DNA of 64,000 bases from Parasitella parasitica NRRL 2501. Its lineage: Eukaryota; Fungi; Mucoromycota. Below, in pieces: positions 1 to 11,989 of this stretch. The stretch is from positions 101,356-165,355 of the forward strand of contig MU619256.1 in assembly GCA_025201805.1 (NCBI GenBank), read 5' to 3'. Within the stretch, counting starts at the first letter, position 1. The number at the start of each line of letters is the position of its first letter. The translations under genes and the position numbers were made by a program. The notes beneath the pieces are model-generated. The model did not search any database. It saw nothing but the letters and a program-made list of their open reading frames with translations, and was not told the origin of the DNA.

Positions 1-710
1 AAATCATCATCTTTTACATATTGAAAGTTATCGTTTTTAAATATATGTTCAATAAATCTTTCTCTATGTTTATCGCCTATATTCTTCAGACATATACATT
101 CTATTCAAGAGTATCGTTTTGAAGCTTTTATAACGACCTTAACTCCTGATAATATATTAATACACACTCACATTTATGGTGTCCCGCCAATACATAATTA
201 CAGTTGTAAACCTCACTTAAAGTCAAAATAAATGTCCCGCGCGTCTCATAACTCAAGTTATGATCAATATAAGTGAATTTATTAAACAGCTTAAGCAGGC
301 TGTCTTTTAAATGTGGGACTCTAACAAGTGTCCTCAGGGTGTCTCCTGTACCCTATAAATAAAAATCATTGCATAATGTTTATATTTATTGCCATACTAA
401 ATGGGCGTATCTAGTTTTGTATTCAGTATGGCTAATCGATATTGTTCACAATCAAGATAATCTGTCATGATATGATGAGATAAAACTGCATGAAATCTCA
501 TCTCAAAATGTGGCTGCATCCAGAACAAAACAAAAACAAGTTTTTATATATAAAAAAAAAAAAAAATTCCCAATCAAGTTGTCGTATTTCCTGCGTTCGT
601 GGCATGAACTAGCAGGTGAAAAATTGCTTTGGAATGTTACTATAATATGTAGAGAGGAGACTCAGAAGTTATTTACTCTGTTCTTCTCATTTTACACATA
701 CACAACTATC

Positions 711-1001
711 ATGGTTCACCGGTCGTTAATTGCAGCAAGCCTACTGTTTGCCGTTATCCCTTACAATGTCCTGGCCCAAGTAAAAACTGCGAGGTGCCAT
801 ATCAGTGCCGACTTGGCATGCAACAGTTTTAGACAAAAACAAGGCAAGATCTGCGCGTCGGACCCAGCACTCTGCTATTTACATGACTCAGTTAACAATG
901 AAAAGGCTTGTGTCCCAGAAACTAATGAGTTGTGCAAAACATTTACACAGCATAAAGGCTATCTATGTACAGATTTTTTCTGCTTGATTACAGTTGATTA
1001 A
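711..1001 (+). CDS. Small secreted cysteine-rich protein (96 aa, signal peptide plus two tandem 4-Cys modules)
   Basis: ATG at 711 gives MVHRSLIAASLLFAVIPYNVLA (signal-peptide-like), then 8 Cys arranged as C-x7-C-x10-C-x6-C and C-x7-C-x10-C-x4-C. The ORF-track extension to 510 runs through poly-A and is unlikely to be coding. Confidence 0.7.
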   Translation: MVHRSLIAASLLFAVIPYNVLAQVKTARCHISADLACNSFRQKQGKICASDPALCYLHDSVNNEKACVPETNELCKTFTQHKGYLCTDFFCLITVD

Positions 1002-1247
1002 ATTTTACCAATTAAATAATACATACACAAATGCAAAAATCACAAATGCAAATGGTTCACGGCTTAACCAGATGGAGTGTAATTAAACAGTATCCATCAA
1101 AAAAGGAAGGGAGCCTGAGATGATGAAATTAGGATTCCAAAAATCGGGAGTGGGTGAACATGAAACGGATATAGTTGACTGGTATAGAGCTACATGACAC
1201 GATGATATATACTCTCCCTTGAAGATAAAAGATGTATAGTAAAACAA

Positions 1248-1268
1248 AACCCTAACCCTAGCCCTAAC
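1248..1268. repeat. Short interstitial CCCTAA-like (telomere-type) repeat, about 3 units
   Basis: AACCCTAACCCTAGCCCTAAC read directly from the sequence. Confidence 0.4.
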
Positions 1269-1717
1269 GTTTGTGGTATCAGGTTCGTTGTTTAACAAGA
1301 GGTTAATCTTAAAGGTTCTGATTAATGTTCTACTTATGATGCTATTCACCATTCAAGTATTATATACACATATACTGTATCTAGCGGATAATTATTGCAG
1401 AAAAACAATGCGCGTGTAAAAAAGCGTATCTAAGACCTCATTACAACGAACCCAAGCCAAATTTAATTGTTAATTTGTACAAAATTTTTTGATTATTAGA
1501 CTTGATATCTGAAAACAATGACACCCATTGTTCTTTATGGAAAGATATTTTTTTTTCAGATCTAAAGCTTTTTAGGAGGTCGGGTACAGAATCAGACAAT
1601 GAACTCTTGAACAGAAAGACATCAATGAGCGATATTTCTGATAACAATGCACCATTGTAAAAGCTCAAAAGTATAAAATTACTGTACGTCCACACAATTT
1701 TGTTTTCATGTATTATA

Positions 1718-3463
1718 ATGGATGAATCAAACAAATTCGATATCCTCCCAAACGAAATATTGCGAGATATATTTAGCCGACTCAGCATTACATCAGGTTG
1801 GGAAGAAACACGTAAAGCTTTTAGTCAGTACCAGCTTGTTTGCCACAGGTTTTCCAGGGTAGCTCGCCATGAATTATACTTGTACAAAAATGTCTTTTTG
1901 TCAAATAATGACATTAACCCCTTTCTGTTCAAGCTCATCGAAACTAGCAATACATCACGATTAGGTGATCACGTCAAACATCTTGAGTTTGATTCAGGGG
2001 TCTGTCCCAGATTAGACGATCTCATTGCGATTTTTGAACGTGTCCCAAATATTGAAACGATTGGGTGCTCAGCAAACGCTACTCTTGAAACAAATTTTCT
2101 TTGGAAGGCCCTTAAGGAATCAGATGGGCAATATCCACACCTAAAGCTGTTTCACCAAACATACTCGCGTTGGGACGCTACTGAAATCAACGATTATAAG
2201 GAGCTGTTCTTGAGGTTCAAAGACTCTCTAACCAAGCTCATATTGATCCCCCAATCAGATAATACGAGCCGAGACATTGATTATTGTACTTTGAAAAGTC
2301 AAATACAAGATTCCAAATCGTTGGAACAATTGCACCTTGATGGAACCTATACAAGGGCTTCGCTTGTTGGTGAACTGGATAAAATCTTAGATACTTGCCC
2401 TAGAACAGCACATTTCCTGAAAATTGCAAAGTGCAATCTTTCAGTCGATTGTAGCTATTACTCTAAGGAAAATCCGAATAATACTATCAGAAGTCTCGAA
2501 GTCGTAGATTCCAAGCTTCTTGCTTCCACCATGAAATATTTGAAGAACAAATTTGCAGCATTAGAAACATTGATGTTTAGTACCAATGCTAAAAATCCTT
2601 TTGAAGCACAAACAGAAGAAGATTACGCAGAATGGTGGAACCAGATGGCACATCTCTGCCAAAAGCCTCTCCAAAGCTACAATATTAACATTAGTGAATT
2701 CAAAACTCAAGATTATCTATACCATATCCAAGGCAGTGTTAAGCTGTTTGATGCAATCGCCCCAGGTCCAAAAAAGCTCACCATAGATATTACTAGCCCA
2801 TTTGACGACGAAGATGATGACAAGATGATACCTCTCGTTGAAATGAAGCAAAGTAAATCGCGTGTTGGGCTTTTTGATAGTCGCGATAGTGAAAAATTCT
2901 TACAAAACGTTGACTTTGTTCGCTTATACGAACGTCTACAGCCATTTTCGCCCAACATCATTAGAGTTTTGAATAATGGTTCATTCGAAAGTCATAGTTG
3001 GGAAATTCTGAGTTGCATTATCGCTTTGATCGGCAACAAGGCCAAGTCTGTAGCACACTTTCATGGAATGGTGTTTGCTAATCCAGTAGATGCTGCACTA
3101 ATGCAGCAAAAAGGGGGTTATGAAGAGACATCCGTTGCAACACTGAAGTTTTCCAATTGTAAAATTTATGCGGACGTGTTCTCCAAGTTGTCGCCGCAGT
3201 TATCAAAAGTTGATACAATGATAATTGATAACTGTGACATACCAGCATCCTCTCTAAACCAACTCGAAATCAATCTTGCTGCAACACAATTGTGTCGCTT
3301 GGAACTCAAGCTAAAAGGAATCGGATGTAGCACTATTATTGTCACAACCGATACTTCAGAGCAAACCTACTATCAACATGATGAGATTAAGGACAATTCT
3401 TTTATCTACATCAGATGCAAGGAGTTGCAAAGTCTGATTATTTCTGGTAAAAAAATGTTTTGA
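1718..3463 (+). CDS. F-box / LRR-like protein, intronless
   Basis: N-terminal F-box motif FDILPNEILRDIFSRL...YQLVCHRFSRVA, followed by Leu-rich repeat-like segments (PNIETI, LEQLHLDG, LETLMF, LCRLELKL). First ATG is at 1718. Confidence 0.75.
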   Translation: MDESNKFDILPNEILRDIFSRLSITSGWEETRKAFSQYQLVCHRFSRVARHELYLYKNVFLSNNDINPFLFKLIETSNTSRLGDHVKHLEFDSGVCPRLDDLIAIFERVPNIETIGCSANATLETNFLWKALKESDGQYPHLKLFHQTYSRWDATEINDYKELFLRFKDSLTKLILIPQSDNTSRDIDYCTLKSQIQDSKSLEQLHLDGTYTRASLVGELDKILDTCPRTAHFLKIAKCNLSVDCSYYSKENPNNTIRSLEVVDSKLLASTMKYLKNKFAALETLMFSTNAKNPFEAQTEEDYAEWWNQMAHLCQKPLQSYNINISEFKTQDYLYHIQGSVKLFDAIAPGPKKLTIDITSPFDDEDDDKMIPLVEMKQSKSRVGLFDSRDSEKFLQNVDFVRLYERLQPFSPNIIRVLNNGSFESHSWEILSCIIALIGNKAKSVAHFHGMVFANPVDAALMQQKGGYEETSVATLKFSNCKIYADVFSKLSPQLSKVDTMIIDNCDIPASSLNQLEINLAATQLCRLELKLKGIGCSTIIVTTDTSEQTYYQHDEIKDNSFIYIRCKELQSLIISGKKMF

Positions 3464-3714
3464 ACTGAGGCGCACATTATCCTTACGCTTGAGCTTCCCA
3501 TATCACAATTTCGCGTATAGATCTATATTTGTATATGAAATACTATTCTAAAACAAATACAGTCAAGCCTGTACCTGAAACACACAACAAAACGCTGATA
3601 AATCGAGTGCAGGTTTTCCCGTTCTCTTTGAGTTTGTGATATAGTATTCTATATTATGTTCAAAGTGTAATATCAAGAGCAATGCAGCAACATGTATTCA
3701 AATCTAAGCAAAAA

Positions 3715-6700
3715 CTATGAGAACATAAACACATTCTTTTGAGCTGTACACATTTTCTTTGCTCTTTCAGTGCCAACGACACGCTCTAGTTTCAAAAAGT
3801 CGTATTTTGAGAACAATGCTGTGCAAGAGAAAGTTGCTTCTTCTGCTGCGCTAGCTTCGTCAAATTTGAGACTCAAAAAATTGACAATTTCTGTATAAAA
3901 TAAGGGGTCTTCTGGAAGTCCATAAAACACAATGTGGAAAGCACCACGGATATTGTATCTAATAGCAAGTTAATGCGTGGTATTCAGCGCCACATGTCAA
4001 CATACCTTCTAAAAAAATGCAATCTCTCAGTGTACAACAAGAAATTGGATCTGCCGTGGAAAAATTGTGCTCTTGATCTTGTGATAGCAGGGCCAGAAGC
4101 ATATCTAAGTCAATGGCATCAGCTTAATTCTATTCCGTTAACGAGGCCATATTTCACAGCTTACTCTGAACATGGCTCATAAGAATATCTGTTGTCTTCA
4201 AAGTAATTTCTCACTCTTACAAAGTCGAAATAAGACGGAATGAAAATGAGGGTATGTGATTGCATAATAGCTGATTTCCGCAGAGTAGGCAATGTCTATT
4301 ATGTCTTGGTGAGCTTTCCATCGATTCATTTTATGCCATGATCTGCCTTACCTTTTCAATAAAGTATTTGTAACGAACATCGTTGATCGACTTTAAGGAT
4401 GGAGCATCAATACGCGTGAAGGTCTAGTTTGTCTGCTGTTAGTGCGTCTACTAATAAATACAAGCAGCAGCTACTACTTTTACCTGTTGTATTTGAGGAA
4501 TCACATCCAAAATCGAACCATCCTCGTAAGAGCGCTTGATTTTTAACTTTCCTGCCACATTCTTCAGGTATTTATTGAACAATGCGTTGAATTCAGGTGT
4601 CAAAAAGTCTGCAAAAACAAGTGTTTGACGAAGGTATTTGGCTCTTTAATTAAGATTAGCAACCAACTCTCTATACGTAAAAGAAAAGTTACAAGCACTT
4701 ACTTGCCGTCCAAATACCAGCTTTTGATCCTGGAGATGTCACAGCCATGACCGTCGGTAGGGATCAAATTCAGATGCTGAAAGACGTGATCAATGTGTTC
4801 CCAATTTTGCATCAAGAAGTGATTGGATTGATCCAGAATAACCACCTCAATCGATGACAAAAAGTCGAAATCTCTCTTTTTATCACTATAAACCGTCAAG
4901 ACATGAGCAAACAAGCAATGTACAACTGTGGTGTGTGCAATTCTTACCCTTCAGTACCGATCAAAGTACGCAAACCCAAAGGTGACGCAATGATAACATC
5001 CGCATTGTAAAAATCAGCATATAGCTTCATCGATTTCTTTGCAAATTTGATGCCCAAGCGGAAATGATCATCAATATTGCCTTGAAAGTTTTGCAGATAG
5101 TCAGCAGGCTTGCTTGTATCAATCGCCTCTTCTTCGCGCAGGTTAAATTGCTCCAGAAATCTGTTTTTGTTCTCCTGTTGCTCTGTGCCAGATAATTTGA
5201 TAAATGTGTCTACGAGATCCACAACTGTATTTCTGAACGGTAGGATGATCAACACTTTGGGACGGGTGAAGCCTTGATCACGCATTTCGCTATTCAACGG
5301 GTTATTAGAAATGTGCATCCTCGCTTGTCTCATCATAAACCAGCTTTACCCTGCATCAGTGCCCTCTTTTTGAGCCTTGCTTAATTTCGCATTGTTTTTA
5401 AGAACACGGTCTCTAGTCCTAAAGCGAAAAATCGATTAAACAGACTTGCCAACCGAGAAAACTGCACAGTACATACTTTGTAATGTGATTCAATGCATGA
5501 AGAGCATAAGCATTTCTAATTTCTTTGGCATTACTCAAGCTACGGTTACAGAATACGATATCGCGGTAACTGTTCATTTGGCAAAAGAGGCGGTCCTGCA
5601 AGGGAGTGAAGGTGACAGCTACAAACAATCATGCATTAATGAAATGCTCGTGATGGGAATAATCAAGCACCTACTCTTCTTGATAGCCTCCTTATTGGCC
5701 TTGGGCCAACATTTGGCAATGCGCTGCTTGACATTGACATCGTCCAGCTTTTCAATCTTGGGCATGTCCTTCACAGATTTATCAGCATTGGTGGTTAAGG
5801 CCGTTACGTCCTTTAAAATCTCATCTTCAAAGGTCTGTGATGCCCATTTCTTTTGTTCAATGAGCGAGATTTTCTCATCAAAGGACGCAGGTTGCTGATC
5901 CGCAAATCTGCTGTCGAAAAGATCGTCTAAATCAAGCGCATAAATAAGTCCTCCACTCTGAATGCGTAATATCTCAACATTTACCTGGCACATCTTCGTC
6001 TTCTGCGTCGCTGCCGCCCATATAGATAATCTCTTCTTCTTCATCCTCCTCAATAGGATCCGCTATATCGCCATCAATTAACTCAGCGTCCTCTTCTTCG
6101 TTGTCCTCTTCCTCTTCTTCATCATCATCCTGCTCAATTTCTTGCCCCTCACTCATTTCATCCATCTCGTCTTCACTGTCTCGATCGATTCCCTCCAGCT
6201 CCTCTTCACTGTCGATTGCATCCTCGATGCCCTCTTGTTCTCGCTGGATTTTCTTGTAGAAATCCTTTTGCTTGGAATTCTTTTTCAATGACCCCATCAG
6301 TAGCGAGTATGCAGAAGGCTTTTTCCAGTCATCTTCCTCCTCCCTGTCTTTGTCGCTGTCAGTGTCATCCTGCTCCTCGGAATCGTCGAAGTGGCCCTCA
6401 GCTCTACGTCTTTCTTCATCTATTTCTCGGTCTAAATCAGCTTCTGACACAACTCGTCTACGACTGATTTGGGAGGGTTAGCCGATTCTTCGCATAAAAT
6501 CATATTGTTGCGATATTTACTTTGTGCTCTCGTCCTCATCTTCCTCGAAATCTCTGGGGACAAGCTCTCCGTAATCTTCGAAATCTTGTTTTTGCTTTCT
6601 GGAGAGCTTTCCATATTTGACAGGTGCTTCCTTTCGTTTAGCGGAAGTCTTGGATGTAGAAAGACCTGAGACATGGGTACCAGATACTCGCTTCTTTCCC

Positions 6701-6735
6701 ATGTTTTTGCTGATCGCTGAACGTTCTTTGCCCAT
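3715..6735 (-). CDS. UTP25: U3 snoRNA-associated protein Utp25 (DEF/DUF1253), multi-exon
   Basis: Basic/acidic N-terminus; motifs [76 protein letters not shown]. Exons are bounded by GT-AG. Confidence 0.93.
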
Positions 6736-6753
6736 TTTGATATATAGTGAAGG

Positions 6754-6784
<31 letters not shown>

Positions 6785-7788
6785 TAACCAAGCGTAGATG
6801 GCATAAACTTTTGGGCAAACACAGGAAAACCTGTCATGGTTACAGTGTTGACAAGCCCCTCTCTTCAATTGAATGTTGTATGTTCGCACAAGCATCTTGA
6901 ATGGCTTCCAACGATTGTTTAGAGTACAATGTGAGCGGATATTTGACTGACCATAAACATTAAGAAAATGATGACACTAGTTGAAAAATGTAAACGATTA
7001 CGAATGTTGAAAATGCTGTTTCTTATGATATTTGCAAGATACAGTATTACACTAAATTTGCACATGGCAGCTTACTAAATGTACAATGATCGATTTTTGC
7101 GTCAAAATATCCAAATGCCATATCGTTGTTTCAGTGAAATGTATACTTTACATCACCAAATGCTTGGTAAAAAAAAAAAAAAAAAAATCGAGTTTTACGC
7201 AATAAAAGCTTGTTTTCTATTTGGATAACCAATATCATTCGCCATATAGGCTCCTTCCAGCCGATTCAAGTGCCTAGAATCACACCAAATGATTTCCAAT
7301 AGCGCGTAGCTTACAATCTGACGCATTTCGATCAAAAAGATGATCGATAAAGAATATCATAACATCTTGAACTTAATCATAGGCATTGGACGGTTTAGCC
7401 GAACTGCTCTTGATGTATAGCCTGCAATGAACCGAGATAACATAATATTCGAATATGTTCTTCTGCTGCTGCATAATTCAGAGGGCCATTTAAAGTCTAT
7501 GCGAATATTAGCATATCGTATGATACCGTATCTAAGCATAATTAACATCACCAGGCATTAATTGCGTATTCTGCTCGTGGATTGTGCCGTGCACAAAATA
7601 CAATTGTAATAAACCCCCCCCCCTTGAAAGATCGATAAATCTGAACAGATTGTTTTTCATGTAGAGAATCATAATCAAAAGCGATTTTATTAGGAAAGGC
7701 AGATTAGTAAATAGAAGGGAATAAATAGAGAAAACAGGAACTTTTTCTTGAGTAAATTATGATACAAATGTGGGGAGAAGAGGTAATT

Positions 7789-9449
7789 TTAAATATGTAC
7801 AATAGATTCGATGGCTTGAGTGAACAATTCTTGGTCGTAGATGGGCTCTCCCGAGCTATTGAGAGCGCCTTTCACACAGACGCATTTGATGCCAAGTCTT
7901 TCGATGGTTGCAGTATCCACTTTGATGGCACTGTTGTCGAGATAAACCATATGGGTGATGAAGGAAGAAGCAGGACTAGGGTAAAAGGAGTTATTTGGAA
8001 AAGGAGGATATCGATGAGAAGGAGATGCAGGCATGCTTCCGATAGCCATAGAAGATAGCTGGTTGTTAAGCGAATAAGACGAAGGTGGTGTTTGGATCAC
8101 AGTGCTTGCAATACTGCTGGTGCGACTGCCGAGGTCGTAACAGTCATTATCGTCATCGTCCTCCCCTTCTTCGTCTTCATCATCACAGGATTGGTAAAAT
8201 GCACGGCGTGCATCAATTCGTTGGCTTTCACTCAAGGCAGATGCAATTGCGTTGATAAAGTCGATAGCTGTATAGTCACTTGTTTCACGATCGTTGGAGC
8301 CATTCAGCAGCAGGATTTTGTGCCTGAGGCTTTGTGATTGAACAATAGCGTTTCCAACACCCCGTAAAACTAGACATGGAATCAGTGAGGTATACAAGGA
8401 GCCTATAGAGTAGACTAGGGTATTCTTGGACGATAGTTGACTGACGACTTTGGGATTAGGAACAGGATAAATTTCTTGGCCATAATCATTGATATAGTAG
8501 ATGCGATCAATAGGAGAAGTCAGTTTTTCGTCAATGTGCTTTGAAAAGAACAAGTTTGCATTATCCACGGCTTTCGATTCTGATGTAATGTTGACGGGAT
8601 CTTCAAAGTAAGAGAATGCATCGATGGGATTCATGCGCTTCTTTCTAGGCGTACATGTGCCGCTTTTTCGCTTTTGCTGAAAGGGCGAGGGGTGTGATAT
8701 TTCACATTGACCAACAAGGGTCTCTCCGTTCGATAAAGCTGCAGCGATAGTGGCTGTCTGATTTGTGTTGATCACTGGCACGACTGATGTAGGCACAGAT
8801 GTGATGCCAGTAATAGACGCAAACAAGAAAATCGCAGCTTCCAAGGAGCCAGTAAACAGTCTTGCGCCTGTTAAGAAGAAGTTGCCAACACTGCCGTTGC
8901 AGAAATTGAATCGTTTGTGGGCTCTTTTCAGGATTTCAAAATCAAACAGAGTCAGGAAGCCTCGAATGGCCTCCTTTTTCTCTATTGAAATGTCGTTCCA
9001 CAGACTACGATAGACGGTTAAACACCAAGTTGACTGCATAGGCAATGTAGAAATCTACCTGTGTCTACCTTCTACAATCAACGCCCATTCATCACGCACT
9101 TTCTGAAGGTCCTTATCAGCAGATAGCCGATAGCTCAACAGGTTTTTGATGGCTTTCATTTCAATTGAGACGGTCGTTTCGTCGTCTAGGATATCCATCA
9201 GACGTATCAGCCTTGAGCGTAAATCGCCCACACTAGGACCACCCAACACTCGCAAAAGTTCGCTCTATTGGTTATTTAGAGACATAGAAGCTGCTTTACT
9301 AAATGATATCTTACAGTGGACCCTCCATTGTCAGAAATGCCAAGTATGTAACTCACATCATGTGAACTTGTTTTATGGAAACCGTCTAAAATATGATTGC
9401 AGGCTGATCCGCCTGAAAAGACTACATAGGATGAGGTTGTTTTCGCCAT
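7789..9449 (-). CDS. UPF0052 / YvcK-CofD-like family protein (yeast YNL011C-like), 3 exons
   Basis: Spliced N-terminus VVFSGGSA...ISDNGGSTSELLRVLGGPSVGDLRSRL; GSVGNFFLTGAR; GQCEISHP; YSIGSLYTSLIPCL; LLNGSNDRET. Confidence 0.88.
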
Positions 9450-9639
9450 GCTGCAAATAGTCGTAAAAGAGAATAGGAGAAAGAGTAAGAAGAAAAGCTG
9501 AAAGAACCAGGGAAACCCTCAGGTAGATCATTATTTATACCTAAAGAAGTAAGGCCGCCTCCTTCCCCGGAAAGTTTGGATATTATAGATAGCGAATTTT
9601 TTTTATTATCTCTTTCTGATAAGAAAAATTATAAACCAA

Positions 9640-10310
9640 TGGCATATGATAGTTGTCGTTCAATCGGCGATGTGGTATGACAGTATTCGCTACAACACCA
9701 CATACAATCATTAGTGTGGGTAATACTGTATTAGCTGATAAGATTTCGTCGAGGAAGCTGATTATATCGTTATTGGCCATTTCAATCATCGTATCTAATG
9801 GTACATGGGGATGCAGCAGAAAAGAGCGTACTCTGGATCGTGTTACACGAATAGCTGGACAATTTTCCTTGTCTGAGTCTCTGCTCCACGGCGTGTTCCT
9901 TCCTTTCCGGTAATAAAAAATTGTGAAAGCCATGGATCTTTCTATGGTATGATGACTCAATCTCATCTGTAATGTAAATGTACGGATCAAACCTTTTCCA
10001 TCGATACCACAAACATTGCTCCTTCTTTTCAATTAGCCATGACATCGTAAATGCGAACCTCGTCCAATACTTTCAATGTATACTTTCTCGATTGTTTGTA
10101 GACAACATACAAACGCACGACTTGTGGATCTACTACATACTTGAAACTCGTATGCACCAACATCCAAAACTGCATTGCTTGAACAAGAAACACCGTAACT
10201 TATCACAAAAAAAGCGTGGTTCAATGACAAATCATATGCTGTCTATACGTTTGGCGACAGCCCCTTCTCGAGAGGGCGTATACAATTCCATGGGGATACT
10301 AAAAGCAAAT
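9640..10310 (+). mobile_element. Possible decayed non-LTR retrotransposon APE-endonuclease fragment
   Basis: Broken frames give DFVEEADYIVIGHFNHRI (resembles the APE motif IxGDFNAR), with multiple stops and frameshifts. Resemblance judged by eye only. Confidence 0.3.
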
Positions 10311-10380
10311 AAATTCGATAAACAAACAAAAGACTTTCTTGAAACATGTATTTTTATTCTTGAAAAAAAGAAAAAAAGGA

Positions 10381-11121
10381 TTAGTGATGAATATCAGCAT
10401 TGTAAATGCCAATCGCAATACTAATTCCTGCCAATGCAATGCCTGAAACCATCACCAACACCTCTTTGGCGTAGTCCACCTTGTACCAACTGATACGACT
10501 TGCGTTGGGCTCAGCGATGCAATAGTATGCGTACATGGGAAACGATATTCCATAAATGAACTGGAAAATGACCCACCTACATATATCAAATATACATATA
10601 AATAACCCGTATAATAAGAAACGAAATATATAGCCACTTACATGTGGAAATGGTTTGTAAATGTCACAAATGCATTACCGATAGCATGCAGTGTAGCGGC
10701 AGTGTAAATGATGGCAACGTTTGAGTGAGCAGGCACCATTACCTGATATTTCAGCTTCTTATTAGGGTCCTCCTCGTTTAGTTTCTTCTGCTGTTGCTGT
10801 TGCAGTTGCTGAACTAATTGATCGCATTCTCTGGTATAGTCATCAATAGATTCGCAATCATCGTCAGTGGTAGCCACTAATGTAACAACGCTAGCTTTTT
10901 TATGCAATCCCTTGTTGTGGTAGTATAATCGGCCTAAATCAATACTCAGCGCAAAATCAGTAGCAAGTCCCTGGAATTTGAAAAAGAGGGCATCCAACGG
11001 CCATGGCAATACAATGACGGAAAACATTGTGATCAGCAAATAAGCAAAACAAACCGACACAAAATTGCGCTCCCTAAGTCATATATCATGAATAAACTAT
11101 CGGCTAGCAGCATATATACAT

Positions 11122-11157
<36 letters not shown>

Positions 11158-11677
11158 GCAACTTACAACAATGACTTTTGTCTAAGCATAATATGCGACA
11201 AGAGAGCAATTTCAAACAAGTTGTGAAAGACGCCAAATGCTGCCCAGATTCTACCTGCGTTCATGAGCGAAAATGTGAATGAAGCAAAGAATGTCGAGAT
11301 AAGATACAGCAATATCAAGGCATTGAATGGGCCTACGGATCTGCGACTGCGAGGTAAGGAAGGTAAATGAATCCAAAAGATGTGATATAGGGAGTACAGA
11401 GTGGATACAGCGATGATGATGACAGTAAAGATGGTTGTGGCGTTAAATGCATCATCGTCATAGTCTAGCGTTTTCAGTGCATGGTATCAGCGTATACAAT
11501 GTAATGTCGTTTTCAAAGTGTTTTTCTGATACTACCTTCGATATGTGATATCCAAGTTGGGATGGCAAACAGCTTGCTGAAGCCTCTGCTTGGGGCATTT
11601 GGGATCTCAGATATCCATTTCGCATCTACTCGAGATGTTATTGACAACAGAAGAGAGAAAAATAAGCACGAAATCAT
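10381..11677 (-). CDS. Uncharacterised multi-pass membrane protein (signal peptide plus 7-8 TM, 355 aa), 4 exons
   Basis: Exons 11677-11536, 11464-11167, 11073-10642 and 10576-10381 join through GT-AG introns into one 1068-nt open frame with repeated hydrophobic helices. Confidence 0.8.
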
Positions 11678-11989
11678 TTTGGAAGTAGGGGCATTCAGTT
11701 TTTTCATCAATGCTCTTTTATATATGCTGGTATATTGATACGGCCGGACGTACGGCTTGAAACAGCGCCTGTTTGAAAATTGACCATGTACATTTCATAC
11801 AAACCGAACATTGATAAAATTCTGATTATGTGAGTTGAACCATCTCTATGATAAGATTGGAGTGGATGGTCTATTTTTTATTTTTATTTTTTTATTTCAT
11901 TTTACCCTGATATAGATGTATTGCGCCTAAACAAGTGCCTGATCCAAGGTTACAAGTAAAATTAAATTCACATGGCCACCTATTGCCTG

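Noticed and set aside
390-415. Possible Helitron 3' end (weak hairpin plus CTAG-T)
   Set aside because: The hairpin is too weak and no Rep/helicase sequence is present in the window
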